Origin: the human T2T-CHM13v2.0 reference genome, Homo sapiens | Reading direction: 5' to 3' (one strand) | NCBI RefSeq assembly: GCF_009914755.1 | Contig: NC_060935.1 | DNA: 64,000 bases | The notes under the pieces: model-generated | What the model saw: the letters and a program-made list of their open reading frames with translations, nothing else | What the model was told of the DNA's origin: nothing | Database searches by the model: none | Translations under genes and position numbers: made by a program | In this document: positions 1 through 15,891 of the stretch, in pieces | How positions within the stretch are numbered: the stretch's first letter is position 1 | How the letters are laid out: each line of letters begins with the position of its first letter

Positions 1-462
1 TGAAGAAAAAAATTGTTTAACTATATTTTCTTATTTGTAGTTGATATTTAATCTGTATTTTAAATAATTACACATACATTGTATTATATGTAACAGGAAA
101 ATGGAATATTACATCATAATTTGGGGAATATCTACTTGATGCCTTGGAATGGAACTCTTAAAATATTTAAATCAATTCATTTCTTTTGCATCTATGACTG
201 TCATACAAGTTTCTAGAGTACATTATACATGAAAGTACTAGACTGCCTACCTAGGAACACACAGGCAGCCTTGCAGTGACAGCAGGCTTATCATTGTGGA
301 GATCTATAAGCACACAGCTAAGTGTAGCATATACAAGAAGTGTAGGAGAATGGTAGTTTCTAAGATAGATGGATAAGAGAAATAGAAAGGAAAATAAGAA
401 ATTAATATTTTTTGAGTTTAAAAAACTTTAAGCACAAGTTGTTAGAATCTCATCTGATTTTC

Positions 463-493
<31 letters not shown>

Positions 494-1350
494 ACTTTAA
501 GTTTTAGGGTACATGTGCACAATGTGCCAGTTAGTTACATAGGTATACATGTGCCATGCTGATGTGCTGTACCCATTAACTTGTCATTTAGCATTAGGTA
601 TATCTCCTAATGCTATCCCTACCCCCTACCCCCACCCCACAACAGTCCCCAGAGTGTGATGGTCCCCTTCGTGTGTCCATGTGTTCTCATTGTTCAGTTC
701 CCATCTATGAGTGAGAACATGCAGTGTTTGGTTTTTTGTCCTTGCGATACTTTACTGAGAATGATGATTTCCAATTTCATCCACTTCCCTACAAAGGACA
801 TGAACTCATCATCTTTTTATGGCTGCATAGTATTCCATGGTGTATATGTGCCACATTTTCTTAATCCAGTCTATCATTGTTGGACATTTGGGTTGGTTCC
901 AGGTCTTTGCTATTGTGAATAGTGCCGCAGTAAACATACGTGTGCATGTGTCTTTATAGCAGCATGATTTATAGTCCTTTGGGTATATATTCAGTAATGG
1001 GATGGCTGGGTCAAATGGTATTTCTAGTTCTAGATCCCTGAGGAATCGCCACACTGACTTCCACAATGATTGAACTAGTTTCCAGTCCCAGCAACAGTGT
1101 AAAAGTGTTCCTATTTCTCCATATCCTCTCCAGCACCTGTTGTTTCCTGACTTTTTAATGATTGCCATTCTAACGTGTGAGATGGTATCTCATTGTGGTT
1201 TTGATTTGCATTTCTCTGATGGCCAGTGATGATGAGCATTTTTTCATGTGTCTTTTGGCTGCATAAATGTCTTCTTTTGAGAAGTGTCTGTTCATATCCT
1301 TTGCCCACTTTTTGATGGGGTTGTTTGTTTTTTTCCTGTAAATTTGTTTG
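463..1350 (-). mobile_element. 5'-truncated L1PA (L1PA3-like): ORF2 C-terminus, 3'UTR and (TAA)n tail
   Basis: Minus ORF 809-1168 is the L1 ORF2 C-terminus ([11 protein letters not shown]...[16 protein letters not shown]). 19-bp TSD AGAATCTCAT(C/T)TGATTTTC at 444-462 and 1351-1369. 3'UTR reads CTAATGCTAAATGAC. Confidence 0.95.
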
Positions 1351-1374
1351 AGAATCTCATTTGATTTTCATTAT

Positions 1375-1535
1375 AGCTCATTGAGTTGGGTATAATTGAT
1401 CCTGTTTTATAGATTAGATAACTCAATTTTGTAAAAAAGTATCTACAATCACATAGCAGGGAATGATGAAGTCACGATTGAAACTTGGACCTGTGTGATT
1501 CCAAAGCCAGTGTTCTCTCCAATTCACAGTGCTGT
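1375..1535 (-). mobile_element. MIR remnant
   Basis: Degenerate MIR core (cctgttttatagattagataactc...tgtgtgattccaaagcc). Confidence 0.55.
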
Positions 1536-4009
1536 CTCAGGTAAGTAGGCAATATCCTTGCAGAGAAAGAATGGAGTAATCAAAGGTTAACAAAATGGGA
1601 ATCCAGGAACCGATAAGATCCTATATGGGACTTTATTTGGTAATAAGGCAGAAGCTCAAAGATCAGACTTTTACCTGGATCAAAAGTCAAAACCAGCCCA
1701 GAAATATGGGTTCATATTACTGAGGCACTTGACTTCTAAATGTGATAGAGTTTCCCCAAATCCCTCTCTTCCTAAGAACAGAATTGTCCCTAAAACTTTG
1801 GTAGAACTGTAGGTAGAGTTTTAGATAAAGGTCAAGTGGTCCAGGGGGTCTAGCCAGGCAAACTGCCAAATCAGGGCATAAGCAGGTCCTATGTTACCTT
1901 ACAGTTTCTTTCAATTCTTTGATTCCAGGTTTTTTAATTCTTCCTGATTCCGCCAGGCATTAGGAGAGTGGACTACACTATATCCAGCACTCTATCAAGT
2001 GGTGCCCAGCAAAAGTACAGAGAATTTTTTAAAAAATTGTAAAATAAAATATAGTCTTTGCTCCACAGAATGCATAAAACAATTCTGGGGAAAAGACTCA
2101 CACATATTAAGCAAATGTGAAAAATATTTGTCCATATCCTTATCATAATTAACAAAAATTAAAAGAAAGTAAACAATAAAACACTATATCTAACTCAAGT
2201 GGAAATAATAAGGTACTAAAGAAACAGACTCTTAGTTTTTGGGCAGCCAGATCAATACCCAGCCAGATCGCTCTGGATTTGGACACAGGTAAAGGATTTA
2301 AATAAGTGATTGGGGAAATCATATTAATATTCCAAATCATGGAAAACAAATCTAATAAAAATTATGTAGCTTGCTTAAAGTTGATTTCAAATATCCATAC
2401 CACAATTTTGGCTTTGATGCCCAATGTCATTTTAAAATAGAAAAGAAATGTAAATGTTTAAAATAGGCTTCAAAATTTCTTCTTATTTTTTACTATTGAG
2501 AATTTTAGGTGCACACACCATTAACTTCTTTTGTTTGCAACTTTTAGCATTTAATATTGCTCAAATAGGTTGTTCTATCTTATAATAATAATAATAATAA
2601 TGGCATTTAATTAGTTTTCAAAGCCGTTTCATGTATATAACCTGCATGATTTTCACTAAGACCCTGAATTTGGTAAAGATAGTTAATCCCTCAGTCTTAT
2701 TTCTCTCCTTTGCTCAGATGGGGGTACAACAATAAGCAGATATTACTGTGAAAATTAACTATCTGATATAAAGTTATCACCTCTCACACTTATTAACCAA
2801 TAGTAAACTGGCTGTAAATCTGAATTCTCGTGACTCCACTGTTGGAGCCGAGGTGTCAATTGACTCAGTCTTCTGATTTCTTTACGGACCTCCTTTCTCC
2901 ACACCTCACTTGCTTGGTAGTCATGCTTGGAGAAATCACTGCTCTTCAAATAGCTGCTCAATATTAAGGAGGATCCCCAAATGCAAATGTGAACAGAGAG
3001 CCCGTTTTTAAAAAAATGCTTAAAAATTGTTTATAATTTTCAAAGTAACATGGGATATTAAATTGTTTCAATTTGTACTTATTTGAATTCTAAGATAGTT
3101 GATTATGTTTCGAGAGTTCACTAACCATTTGTACTTCCTATTCGGGGAATTATGAGAGTTACATTTTTAAAGATTGTTAATTAAGACCAGGAATTTAATA
3201 ATAGTGCTGAATATAAATGATTAATGGAGTGTCAGAGGGAAAGGTTTTTGAAGGATGCTTGGGATTTGAACAGGCAGAGAAAAAGATAGTGAAATACAGT
3301 TTTGTTTTTTCTTTTCTATTCTGTTTTCATATCTACCTTGGAAACTCTCCTTATTTCCACTTCTCTTTTCTTCCACAGGTAACTACTTAGTCTCCTATTT
3401 GCAGTTTAATATTTTTTGTACTTTATTAAGATGCATTGTTATTGCAATCTTCTTAATTGCTTCCTAATTGGTTCTTTCTTCCCCTTGGTGTATTTTTCAT
3501 GCATTATTAAATTCCAACTGGCTTTCTGAAACTCAATTTGAATTCTTTCCAGACAGCCCTTCCAAAGTTAAAGTGTGTGTCTCCTGGTCCCTTGGTCACA
3601 CAGGAAAAAGCACTGGGGAATTGAAAGGGTCACTCTTTTGAACCTACGTGCTTCCTTATATAAGTACAAAGCTATCAACAACATCAACCATTCTGATTAT
3701 TGTCATTCACAAGCACCTTCACATAAAGCAATTCATTTGATAACAGTTTCTTAAATAAAGCAAGTATTATTATTCTCATTCAACATGGGAGACTTCTAAG
3801 GATTAGAATATCTTTCTTTCCTAAATTCAAAAAGCTGATCCGGGACTTATACCTAAATCTTATTAAGTCCTCTGCTCATTCCAGCATCACTGGTTGTTTG
3901 TATATTAAAACAAATGGCAAGTTTACCAATTAACCTCATTAACTGTTTCACATATTGCTCAATAAACTATTTTTCTCTTCCATTCTTGAAGTCCATTAAT
4001 AGGAAAATC

Positions 4010-4190
4010 ATGTAATAAAATGATTAAATCATCTGGAGTCAGAAGATCTGATTTCAAGTCCCAGGCTGCAACTGAGGAATTGCTTCGCCTGTCTGATCTT
4101 CAGTTTCTTCTTCTGTAAAAATTAATTATCGTTATTCTACCTACTTTAAAGAGTTGCTGTGAGTCTCCAATATATGTAACTTATTTTTAT
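4010..4190 (+). mobile_element. MIR remnant
   Basis: ctggagtcagaagatctgatttcaagtcccagg...cagtttcttcttctgtaaaa. Confidence 0.6.
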
Positions 4191-4413
4191 AAGGATAGAA
4201 TTGCTAAGAGGTAAGAGATCATTGGGCTATATGAATTTTAAGGTTCATTTTCAATCCAATATTTTGTTAATCTCTGAATATCTTAAAATGGCATGTGAGT
4301 AGAAGCTTGACAGTATTAATGCTTGGAAGAGTTTCTGGACAAAAACAGAATTAAAAAAATAATAATCTCAAGTCATCCAACCAATCAACAAGTTCCATTC
4401 TGGAACTCTAGGT

Positions 4414-4522
4414 TCCTTTTATTTCTTTCTCTTGTCTGATTGCTCTGGCTAAGAGTTCCAATACTAGGTTGAATAGGAATGGTGAGAGTGGGCATCCTTC
4501 TTTTGTTCCAGTTCTCAGGGGA
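4414..4522 (-). mobile_element. Older L1P (L1PA13-16/L1PB-like) ORF2 RT-region fragment A
   Basis: Reverse complement reads CCCCTGAGAACTGGAACAAAAGAAGGATGCCCACTCTCACC...GAGAAAGAAATAAAAGG (the QGCPLSP region). Confidence 0.85.
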
Positions 4523-4528
4523 CTAGGT

Positions 4529-5231
4529 CCAATTAAAATGCCAATGTCATCCTTTACAGAATTAGAAGAAAAATTCTAAAATGTATATGGAACCAAAAAA
4601 GAGTCCAAATAGCCCAAATAAACAAAAAGAACAAAGCTGAAGGCATCACATTTTCCGACTTCAAACTATGCTATAAAGTGCACATGTACCCTAAAACTTA
4701 AAGTATAATAATAATAAAATAAAATAAAAAGTCACAGGAAACAAAATAGCTTGGTACTTGTCCAAAAATAGACACACATACCAATGGAACAGAATAGAAA
4801 ACTCAGAAACAAAGCCTCACACCTACAACCATCTGATATTTGACAAGACCAACAGAAGCAATGCACAAAGGACTCTCTACTCAATTAATAGTGTGGGGAC
4901 AACTATCTAGTCATAGGCAAAAGATTGAAGCTGGACCCCTACCTTTCACCACACACAAAAGTTAACTCAAAATGGATTAAAGATTCTAATGTAAGACCTC
5001 AAACTATAAAAATCTTGGAAGACAATCTGAGAAATCTTCTTGACATCGACCTTGGCAAATAATTTTTGGCTAAGTTCCACAAAGCAATTGGAACAGAAAC
5101 AAAACAAAAATAGACAAGTGGGACCTAATTAAACTAAAGATCTTCTACATAGCAAAAGAAACTATCAACAGAGCAAACATACAACCTACAGAATGGAAGA
5201 AGATATTCCCAAACTATGCATCTGACAAAGG
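4529..5231 (+). mobile_element. Older L1P ORF2 fragment C, interrupted by a tiny L1PA stub
   Basis: ORF2 sequence from aattaaaatgccaatgtcatcctttacagaattagaa to aaactatgcatctgacaaagg. Confidence 0.9.
4678..4730 (+). mobile_element. Ultra-short L1PA 3' terminus (~50 bp)
   Basis: gtgcacatgtaccctaaaacttaaagtataataataataaaataaaataaaaa. Short duplication AAAGT at 4675-4679 and 4728-4732. The host L1 ORF2 resumes on the other side. Confidence 0.9.
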
Positions 5232-5233
5232 CA

Positions 5234-8327
<3,094 letters not shown>

Positions 8328-8556
8328 CATATAGATACACCTAATACACTTATTCAGAAAACATTATATTTTATTGAGCCTCTTCCTCTTGAGATGCAGA
8401 ACCACAGTAATGCAAAATAAAAAATTTGGAGAGCCTTACCAGTAAAATGTAAACAACAAAAAAACCCATTATTTTTCAATAAGAAAATATGTAATTGATA
8501 TTATTTCCAGAATATTTGTTTATACACATAGAAAATCCGAAAAAAAATTTAAAAAA

Positions 8557-8963
8557 AGAAAATAAGTCAAGCTATCTCTCTTCACTGACAATATGATTCT
8601 TTACCTAGGAAATCCTAAAGACTCTGTCAAAAGGCTCCTAGAACTGATAAATGACTTTAGCAAAGTTTCATGATACAAAATAAATGTACAAAAATCAGTA
8701 GCATTTATATAAACCAACAACGTCCAAGCTGAGAGTGAAATCAAGAACACAATCCCACTTACAACAGCCACAAAGAAAAAAATATCTAGGAATACAGCTA
8801 ACCAAGGAGGTAGAAAAATCTCTACAAGGAGAACTACAAAACAACACTGAAAGAAATCAGAGGCAACACAAAAAGATTTTTTAAAAGTCCATGCTCATTA
8901 GTTGGAAGAACCGATATTATAAAAACGGCCATACTGCCCAAAGCAATTTACAGATTTAAAACA
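8557..8963 (+). mobile_element. Older L1P ORF2 fragment B
   Basis: aagtcaagctatctctcttcactgacaatatgattct...ccatactgcccaaagcaatttacagattt. Confidence 0.88.
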
Positions 8964-8978
8964 CTTTGACTTCTATTC

Positions 8979-9411
8979 TGTTCTGCGGTGAGAAGGTCTA
9001 TGCAAACCTACCACCCTGAAATGCTGAGGGTGCTGAGAGGTCTAAGAAAGAGGATGACAAATGCCTTTTTGTAGAGAGAAATGTATAATAGGGAATTATA
9101 AACAGAAGCAATGTCTCAGGTGGTTGTGAGATGGTGAATCACCACGACTCTCCTCAAAAAGTATTCTTCATATAGCAAGCTTTTCGAGTAAAACCCGTGC
9201 AGCTGATCACATCTTCAGGCTTTCTTGCCAAGACTCATGACCACTGAGGAGGATAGGTGTGCATATTGATGAAAGGTTATCTATGCTTCAGGCATTGTTT
9301 AAAGAACTAACTCCAGAACACTTTGGTGTGTGAAGGTCAAACATCAGTAATCATGGCATCTTTGCTTCAAAACGACATCACTCTTGCCATGTAACACGCT
9401 GTTTTCCTACA
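8979..9411 (-). mobile_element. Solo LTR, probably ERV1 class (MER83/84-like; family uncertain)
   Basis: TG...CA termini. Reverse complement begins TGTAGGAAAACAGCGTGTTACATGGCAAGAG. Imperfect TSD TATTC (8974-8978) / TAATC (9412-9416). Confidence 0.7.
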
Positions 9412-9589
9412 TAATCCCTCCCCTGCCTTTCTACCTGTTCATTTCTTCCCAGACCTTATTTCTTTGCTATTGATCCTGGTCTGCATAAAGTTTATTTCTA
9501 CTGTCTTCATATATGCACCTACATTTTCTTATACTCCTAGACTTTTCCACTGTGGATCCCTACTAAAATCTATCCTTGTACTGCCATTT

Positions 9590-10950
9590 TTTTTTAAAGG
9601 AAATGTGTCATTTGTCCTGTGAAATGTCCCACATTTTTTATTTAACTGATCATTTTCCCATGGTATTTAGCTTTTTTCTTTTACCTCTCACATTTCTAGA
9701 ACATTAGTAGTTAGATCTATGTGCTTGACTGCACTCAGGGCTTTGTTTGTTTGTTCATTTTTGTCTTGTTTTGTTTTTGCAAGAATACCTTATACCTCAA
9801 TGATGAAACTGTATACCTATACACCTTCTATTATATCTTATTAGGAAACACATCATGGTTGATTGCCCTACTTCTAGTTTATAAGTGTTTAGATTGATTA
9901 TTAGGCTCAAGTGTTTTCAGTGTAATCCATCCATTTTCTTCACCTATTAGTTTTAATACCCATTGATAATCTTTGCATAAACTATTTTTCCCCATTAGGA
10001 ATCTCAAATAGTAATTTTCTAAATCCATCATTCCTTCTGTGTTTATTAACTACAATTCTTCTACAAATAAGAACATTGCTTTCTCACCATTTCATTGCCC
10101 TGAAATAAAATTCACAAATGCCTGATTCATTATTTTATTGATTTTCAGACTAATAAGTTGGTGCCAAAATAACCTCCAAATATAACAAAATATTTTGTGG
10201 GTTTTTTTGTGAGTTTTGTTACTCATAGATTTATCTAGGTTGTTATGTTTCAAACCATTGTCATTATTCTCTTTCATGTTCAAATTATTGCATTTTAGCT
10301 AGCAGGAGCCCTTTATATGAATCCTAGATCATTTTCAAAAATCCTTGAGACTTTCTGAGAGCTTCTCTGCTTTCTGAAACAATAAGATATTCCAGGCTCA
10401 TTACATACATTTCCTGTCCCAGACTGAAGTCCTAGCTCCTAGTTTCCTTGCATGGAAAATAATATTCAGAGATCACAAACATACACAAGATGTAACTATT
10501 GCTACTGAATTTTCCACTGCTTGTAAGTCCATTTTAGCAGACAAAGTTACGAAATAAGCATTTTTAAGAGAAAACTAAACAACAAATTTGTGCTGATATC
10601 TCCAATTCATATATAAAATCATAGTAAATGTTTAATTATCTGATTTTCTATGTTTGTATTTTTTCTCTTATGCTGAAAACCTTGGTTGCTAAGACAGGAA
10701 CAAAATTACTTACCACTTATTGTGTTATTGCCAATAATAAAACTGCAAAAAAGCCAGTTTGATGTCTTAGTGATTTTTTTTAATGCTTAGCATGTATCAA
10801 CATATTTAAAGTTATTTAACTTTTTTTGTATATGGTTATGCAACCAACCTGATATTTAAGTTCAGTTTTGCAGCTTTGGGGATTGCTTCAATGCTTCTTC
10901 TAACTTACTTTTGTTTTAATTATGTAAAATATTTGCATGGTTTTAATCTC
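9590..10950 (-). mobile_element. Ancient L1M (L1MC-like) 3' region
   Basis: Degenerate L1MC-type 3'UTR motifs (tttgtcctgtgaaatgtcccacatt; tccaggctcattacatacatttcctgtcccagac). Confidence 0.6.
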
Positions 10951-12249
10951 TACATCCATTTGATTTCTATATCCATAGTTTTGATCTCCACAATCACCAC
11001 TATCCTCATCTCTTCATTCAATGAGATATTCTTTCTCCAAAAGCAAAATCTGTTCACTGCTGCCTTCCTCTAGAATAATGCTTTATTGGCTTCTATCTCT
11101 ATATAGTCCCCTTTCTACTGGGTTCATTCTCTCTGGTTACAAAGGTGATCAAGTCAATTCCAGTAAAAATGAATACTTTACTCACTCCACCCTGAAACAC
11201 TCTTGGCACATGACAAACTTTATTACACGGTGTATCCAATGACTTCTGATGGGCCATTTATTTAATAGAGAGCCTGGAGGTGCCCTGTATGGTGATAGAA
11301 ACTTAATAAAATTGCCAGGAATGAATTGAGTGCATCAAACAAAGCTCCGCACCCTTTCCTATAATCATAAGCACCGACCTACTCCTGCCAACATAGGACA
11401 CCTGCTTCAGGTACTTAAGATAACCGACCACACAGACTCTGGCATCCCCCACTTTCCTAGCCTAGGTCCGTAGATGATTTTTGAACAGGCTCCAGAAAGC
11501 AAAGGCTGCCATTCAAAACTGCCTTTTCTAGGAGAACCTCAGGGTCATTTATCTCCTGGTTACATGAACCAGTATTATGTATCAGTCCCTTAATTGCTGC
11601 TTCTGCCTAATCTCAGGTATCCAGCCCTCCATACGGCCTTAGTCCAGGGATACACAGATCACGCCTCAGATTGCAGATTAGGGAATGAACCTAACAACAT
11701 ATACCTTCCAAGCAGAGTTTAAAAACAAACAAAAAACCATTTTAGCTGTTCAAATGAATCAAGGATTGCAAAAAGAAAACAAAGTTGTTTCGCATCTCAT
11801 CAGAAAGAGTTTCAGCCTCTATTAGATAAGAACGTGCTAAATAAATATCTCTAGGGCTTCTTTATAAGAACCTTTACCTGGACCACTAAAGTATTCTTTC
11901 TATTCCATCAATTCAAAAGTCATGCTTGTGCTGAAAGGTAAAAACAAGACTCAAAGGACTCACAGTCAGTGTCCCACTCTTTGTCTTTGCTCATGCAACG
12001 ACCCCTTCCACTGCTCTTTCTGTGTCCAGGCATCGGAAGATCCTATCAAAATGTGAACAAGTTCCCTCAGAGGGGGAGTATGGTAATTTGTTATCACTAT
12101 CAATGATTAATGTTTTATCTTTAATGAGCTAGTAAACAGCAAGGCCTAGCTGACTGAAGTATATATAATGGGAAAATTTTGATCCAGGAGGAGAGAGATT
12201 GTTGTAAATGAGTAGAGATGTAGTCAGAATAATAATCATATATTATGCA

Positions 12250-12410
12250 TAATATTACATTTATCAAACTATTTGTATGTGCCAGACTTTTGTATAAGCA
12301 CTTTACCCACATCAATTTATTTCATCGCAAAAACTCTATGAAGTGCATTTTATTGTAATCCACACTGAAATATGAAGAAATAAGGTCACATAGAAAGTGA
12401 GTGGTAGGGC
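12250..12410 (-). mobile_element. MIR remnant
   Basis: tatgtgccagac...aagcactttac...aactctatgaagt...tatgaagaaataagg. Confidence 0.6.
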
Positions 12411-14019
12411 TGGAAAGGTGCAGAAAATGGGGCCTTTTGAGCACCCAATTATAGCATAATGAATGAATGATGCATCAGAAGTCTAATATGATTTAAAAAA
12501 ATAACCTCTCAGAGCAAAATTTAACTTTTTATTACCAACCTAAAAAATTACCATCAAAGCCTAGACTCCCTCAGCTAAAAAAATTTTGGCATTTTTTCTT
12601 ATCCAAATACCTCATTTAAACTGAGGCCCAGAGAGGGGGGAATAATATACCACTGTCTCCGTGTCAATGACAGAACCAGGAACAGAATGCTATTATACTG
12701 AATTTTCAGGCCACTTCTACATTCTTATACCCACTGTCCCCACTCTGAACGTGCATTTTCCTGTCATCTGTCTGAATTTCTTTTAATTAAGATCTATAAT
12801 TTCAGTGGACAGTGTAGTAGAGTGGGAAGAATATACTATTTGTAGCTAAGCAGACTCACATTTACGTGCCGGCGATGAACCTAAAACCAGGCACTCAACC
12901 ATTCTGGATGTCCCTTTTTTCCATCAGGATATAACTAGTTCCATAGGATGATCATGAGGTTTTACCCAAAGTATGCAAACGTTATATGCTTAGCATCTGG
13001 TTGGTACTGAATTCATGCTTTATTCCTCCTCCCTTTAAAACTCAAGTTCTTCAGCCGTATGAGAAACTTACCAGCATATCCTCCTGACAATTCCTAAGGA
13101 GAGAGGACAGAGTCTTTATGCATGCAACTTATTCTCTCCTGATCCCTGCTTAATATCTTTTGCATCTGGGAAGGCGTATGTTCCTGTCATTACCTGTCTC
13201 TTATTATCCAAGATCACTTTGAATCAGCTTGGTGTTTATCTACCAGGGGAAGTTCTTAGCACATGACACATTAATTGATGTCAGACCTGGCATCCTGGTT
13301 TTGATTTATAAATCATTTCCTTGTTTTCTTTTGAAGAGTTCAAGAGGAGAAATAAAAAGTATTCTTCATTTATCTGATTCTAGTGGTCGTAAAACACCCC
13401 TGTCCCAACTCTGAGCCAAGCACTTGTGACAGGGACCACCCAACAGCCTCACATCTGAACCACTTGGTCAGACTTGTACTAATCACTTCATCCAGTTCTC
13501 TAAGATTCAAGTCTGTTTGCTCGCCTTACATTCAGCACTGTTTCCCCAACTACATACAGCCTTATTTTTCTCGTGGCCACAATTCACATTCTACCTTGGA
13601 TGGGAGCCTTGACTCACTACTATAGTGCCCTTGCCTGGGACGTTCATGCTTCACAACAGGTATTGATAAAGAAATGTAAAATTTATGAAAAATTCAAAGT
13701 TCAGAAACTGAATTTCTTAGAGGTTTTTGATTATAACACCAACTTTCATGCCTCCATTATTTTTTTTATGGTGCTCTCTCTTTAGAATGCTCACTCGTAC
13801 TCTTTCCTTACTTAACCAAACCTACTTATCTTTTAAGACTCAGAAAAGGCATAATATCTAAGAAAGAAACCTCTCCAAACTTTCCCTACCCCTAGAGGTT
13901 ATATTAGGTGTCCCATCTTTGCCCTTTATTAACTTCTTGGGCATATTTCTATTATAGGATATAACATTATTTATGGTAGTAATAGTTTCATCCTGCTAAC
14001 TTAATAGTCACTACATCTC

Positions 14020-15486
14020 GTCTATCATTGATGGGCATTTGGGTTGGTTCCAAGTCTTTGCTATTGTGAATAGTGCTGAAATAAACTTACGTGTGCATGT
14101 GTCTTTATAGTAGAATGACTTATAATCCTTTGGGTATATACCCAGTAATGGGATTGCCGAGTCAAATGGTTATTTCTAGATCTAGATCCTTGAGGAATTG
14201 CCACACTGCTTTCCACAATGGTTGAACTAATTTACACTCCCACCAACAGTGTAAAAGTATTCCTGTTTCTCTACATCCTCTCCGGCATCTGTTGTTTCCT
14301 GACTTTTTAATGATCACCATTCTAACTGGTGTGAGATGGTATCTCATTGTGGTTTTGATTTCCATTTCTCTAATGACCAGTGATGATGATCTTATTTTCA
14401 TATGTTTGTTGGCCACATAAATGTCTTCTTTTGAGAAGTGTCTGTTCATATTCTTTGCCCACTTTTTGATGGGGTTGTTTGTTTTTTTCTTGTAAATTTG
14501 TTTCAGTTATTTGTAGATTCTGGATATTAGCCCTTTGTCAGATGGATAGATTGCAAAATTTTTCTCCCATTCTGTAGGTTGCCTGTTCACTCTGATGATA
14601 GTTGCTTTTGCTGTGTGGAAGCTCTTCAGTTTAATTAGATCCCATTTGTCAATTTTGGCTTTTGTTGCCATTGCTTTTGGTGTTTTAGTCATAAAGTCTT
14701 TGCCCATGCCTATGTCCTGAATGGTATTGCCTAGGTTTTCTTCTAGAGTTTTTATGGTTTTAGGTCTTAAGTTTAAGTATTTATTCCATCTTGAGTTAAT
14801 TTTTATATAAAGTATAAGGAAGGGGTCCAGTTTCAGTTTTCTGCATATGACTAGCCAGTTTTCTCAACACCATTTATTAAATAGGGAATCCTTTCCCCAT
14901 TGCTTGTTTTTGTCAGGTTTGTCAAAGATCAGATGGTTGTAGATGTGTGGTGTTATTTCTGAGGCCTCTGTTCTGTTCCATTGGTCTATATATCTATTTT
15001 GGTACCAGTACCATGCTGTTTTGGTTACTGTAGCCTTGTAGTATAGTTTGAAGTCAGGTAGCATGATGCCTCCAGCTTTGCTCTTTTTGCTTAGAGAGAG
15101 ATTTAAAAAAATGTGGCACATATACACCATGGAATACTATGCAGCCATAAAAAAGGATGAGTTCATGTCCTTTGCAGGGACATGGATGAAGCTGGAAACC
15201 ATCATTCTCAGCAAACTAACAGAGGAACAGAAAAGCAAACACCTCATGTTCTCACTCATTAGTGGGAGTTGATCACTGAGAACACATAGACACAGAGAGG
15301 GGAACATCACACACCAAGGCCTGTCAGAGGGTTGGGGGATAGGGGAGGGATAGCATTAGGAGAAATACCTAATGTAGATGATGGGTTGATGGGTGCAGCA
15401 AACCACCATGGCACGTGTATACCTATGTAACAAACCTGCATGTTCTGCACGTGTATCCCAGAACTTAAAGTATAATTTTAAAAAAA
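14020..15486 (+). mobile_element. Twin-primed L1PA6/7: inverted ORF2 piece 14020-~15094 (minus) plus sense 3' end ~15100-15486
   Basis: Both pieces abut the same consensus point (CCCATCAATGATAGAC|TGGATAAAGAAAATGTGG). 3'UTR reads GTAGATGATGGGTTGATGGG. TSD at 14003-14019 and 15892-15908. Confidence 0.95.
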
Positions 15487-15555
15487 GACTTATTCAGACC
15501 TAACAAAAAAGAGTTATGAACACATCCTCTTTTAGCTTTCCTCAGTATTCCAGCT

Positions 15556-15558
15556 ATG

Positions 15559-15604
<46 letters not shown>

Positions 15605-15891
15605 CACATATATATATATTCCACATATATATATATTCCACATATATATTCCACATATATATATTCCAGACATATATATACACACACATATATATATTCC
15701 ACATATATATGTATATGAATATATATGGAATATATATATAATGACCATATATTCCATATATATGGAATATATATATAAAAGTCACTACATATGGAATATA
15801 TGGAATACATATGGAATATGGAACATATGGAATAACTATATATGGAAAACATACGGAATATATACATATATAAGTCATTACTTTTATATAT
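15556..15891. repeat. Compound (TA)n / ATATTCCAC / ATATGGAAT low-complexity tract
   Basis: Pure (AT)n at ~15561-15602, then ATATATTCCAC units, then reverse-complement-like ATATGGAAT units. Confidence 0.95.

Noticed and set aside
1538-1546. Perfect splice donor CAG|GTAAGT
   Set aside because: One 9-mer match is expected by chance in 128 kb of double-strand sequence; it follows a MIR and no convincing exon was found
2755-2961. 68-aa minus ORF with a natural-looking composition
   Set aside because: No recognisable family, a non-ATG start and no clear splice boundaries
11330-11700. GC-richer stretch, possibly an old LTR or promoter
   Set aside because: Could not assign a family or termini; no CpG island
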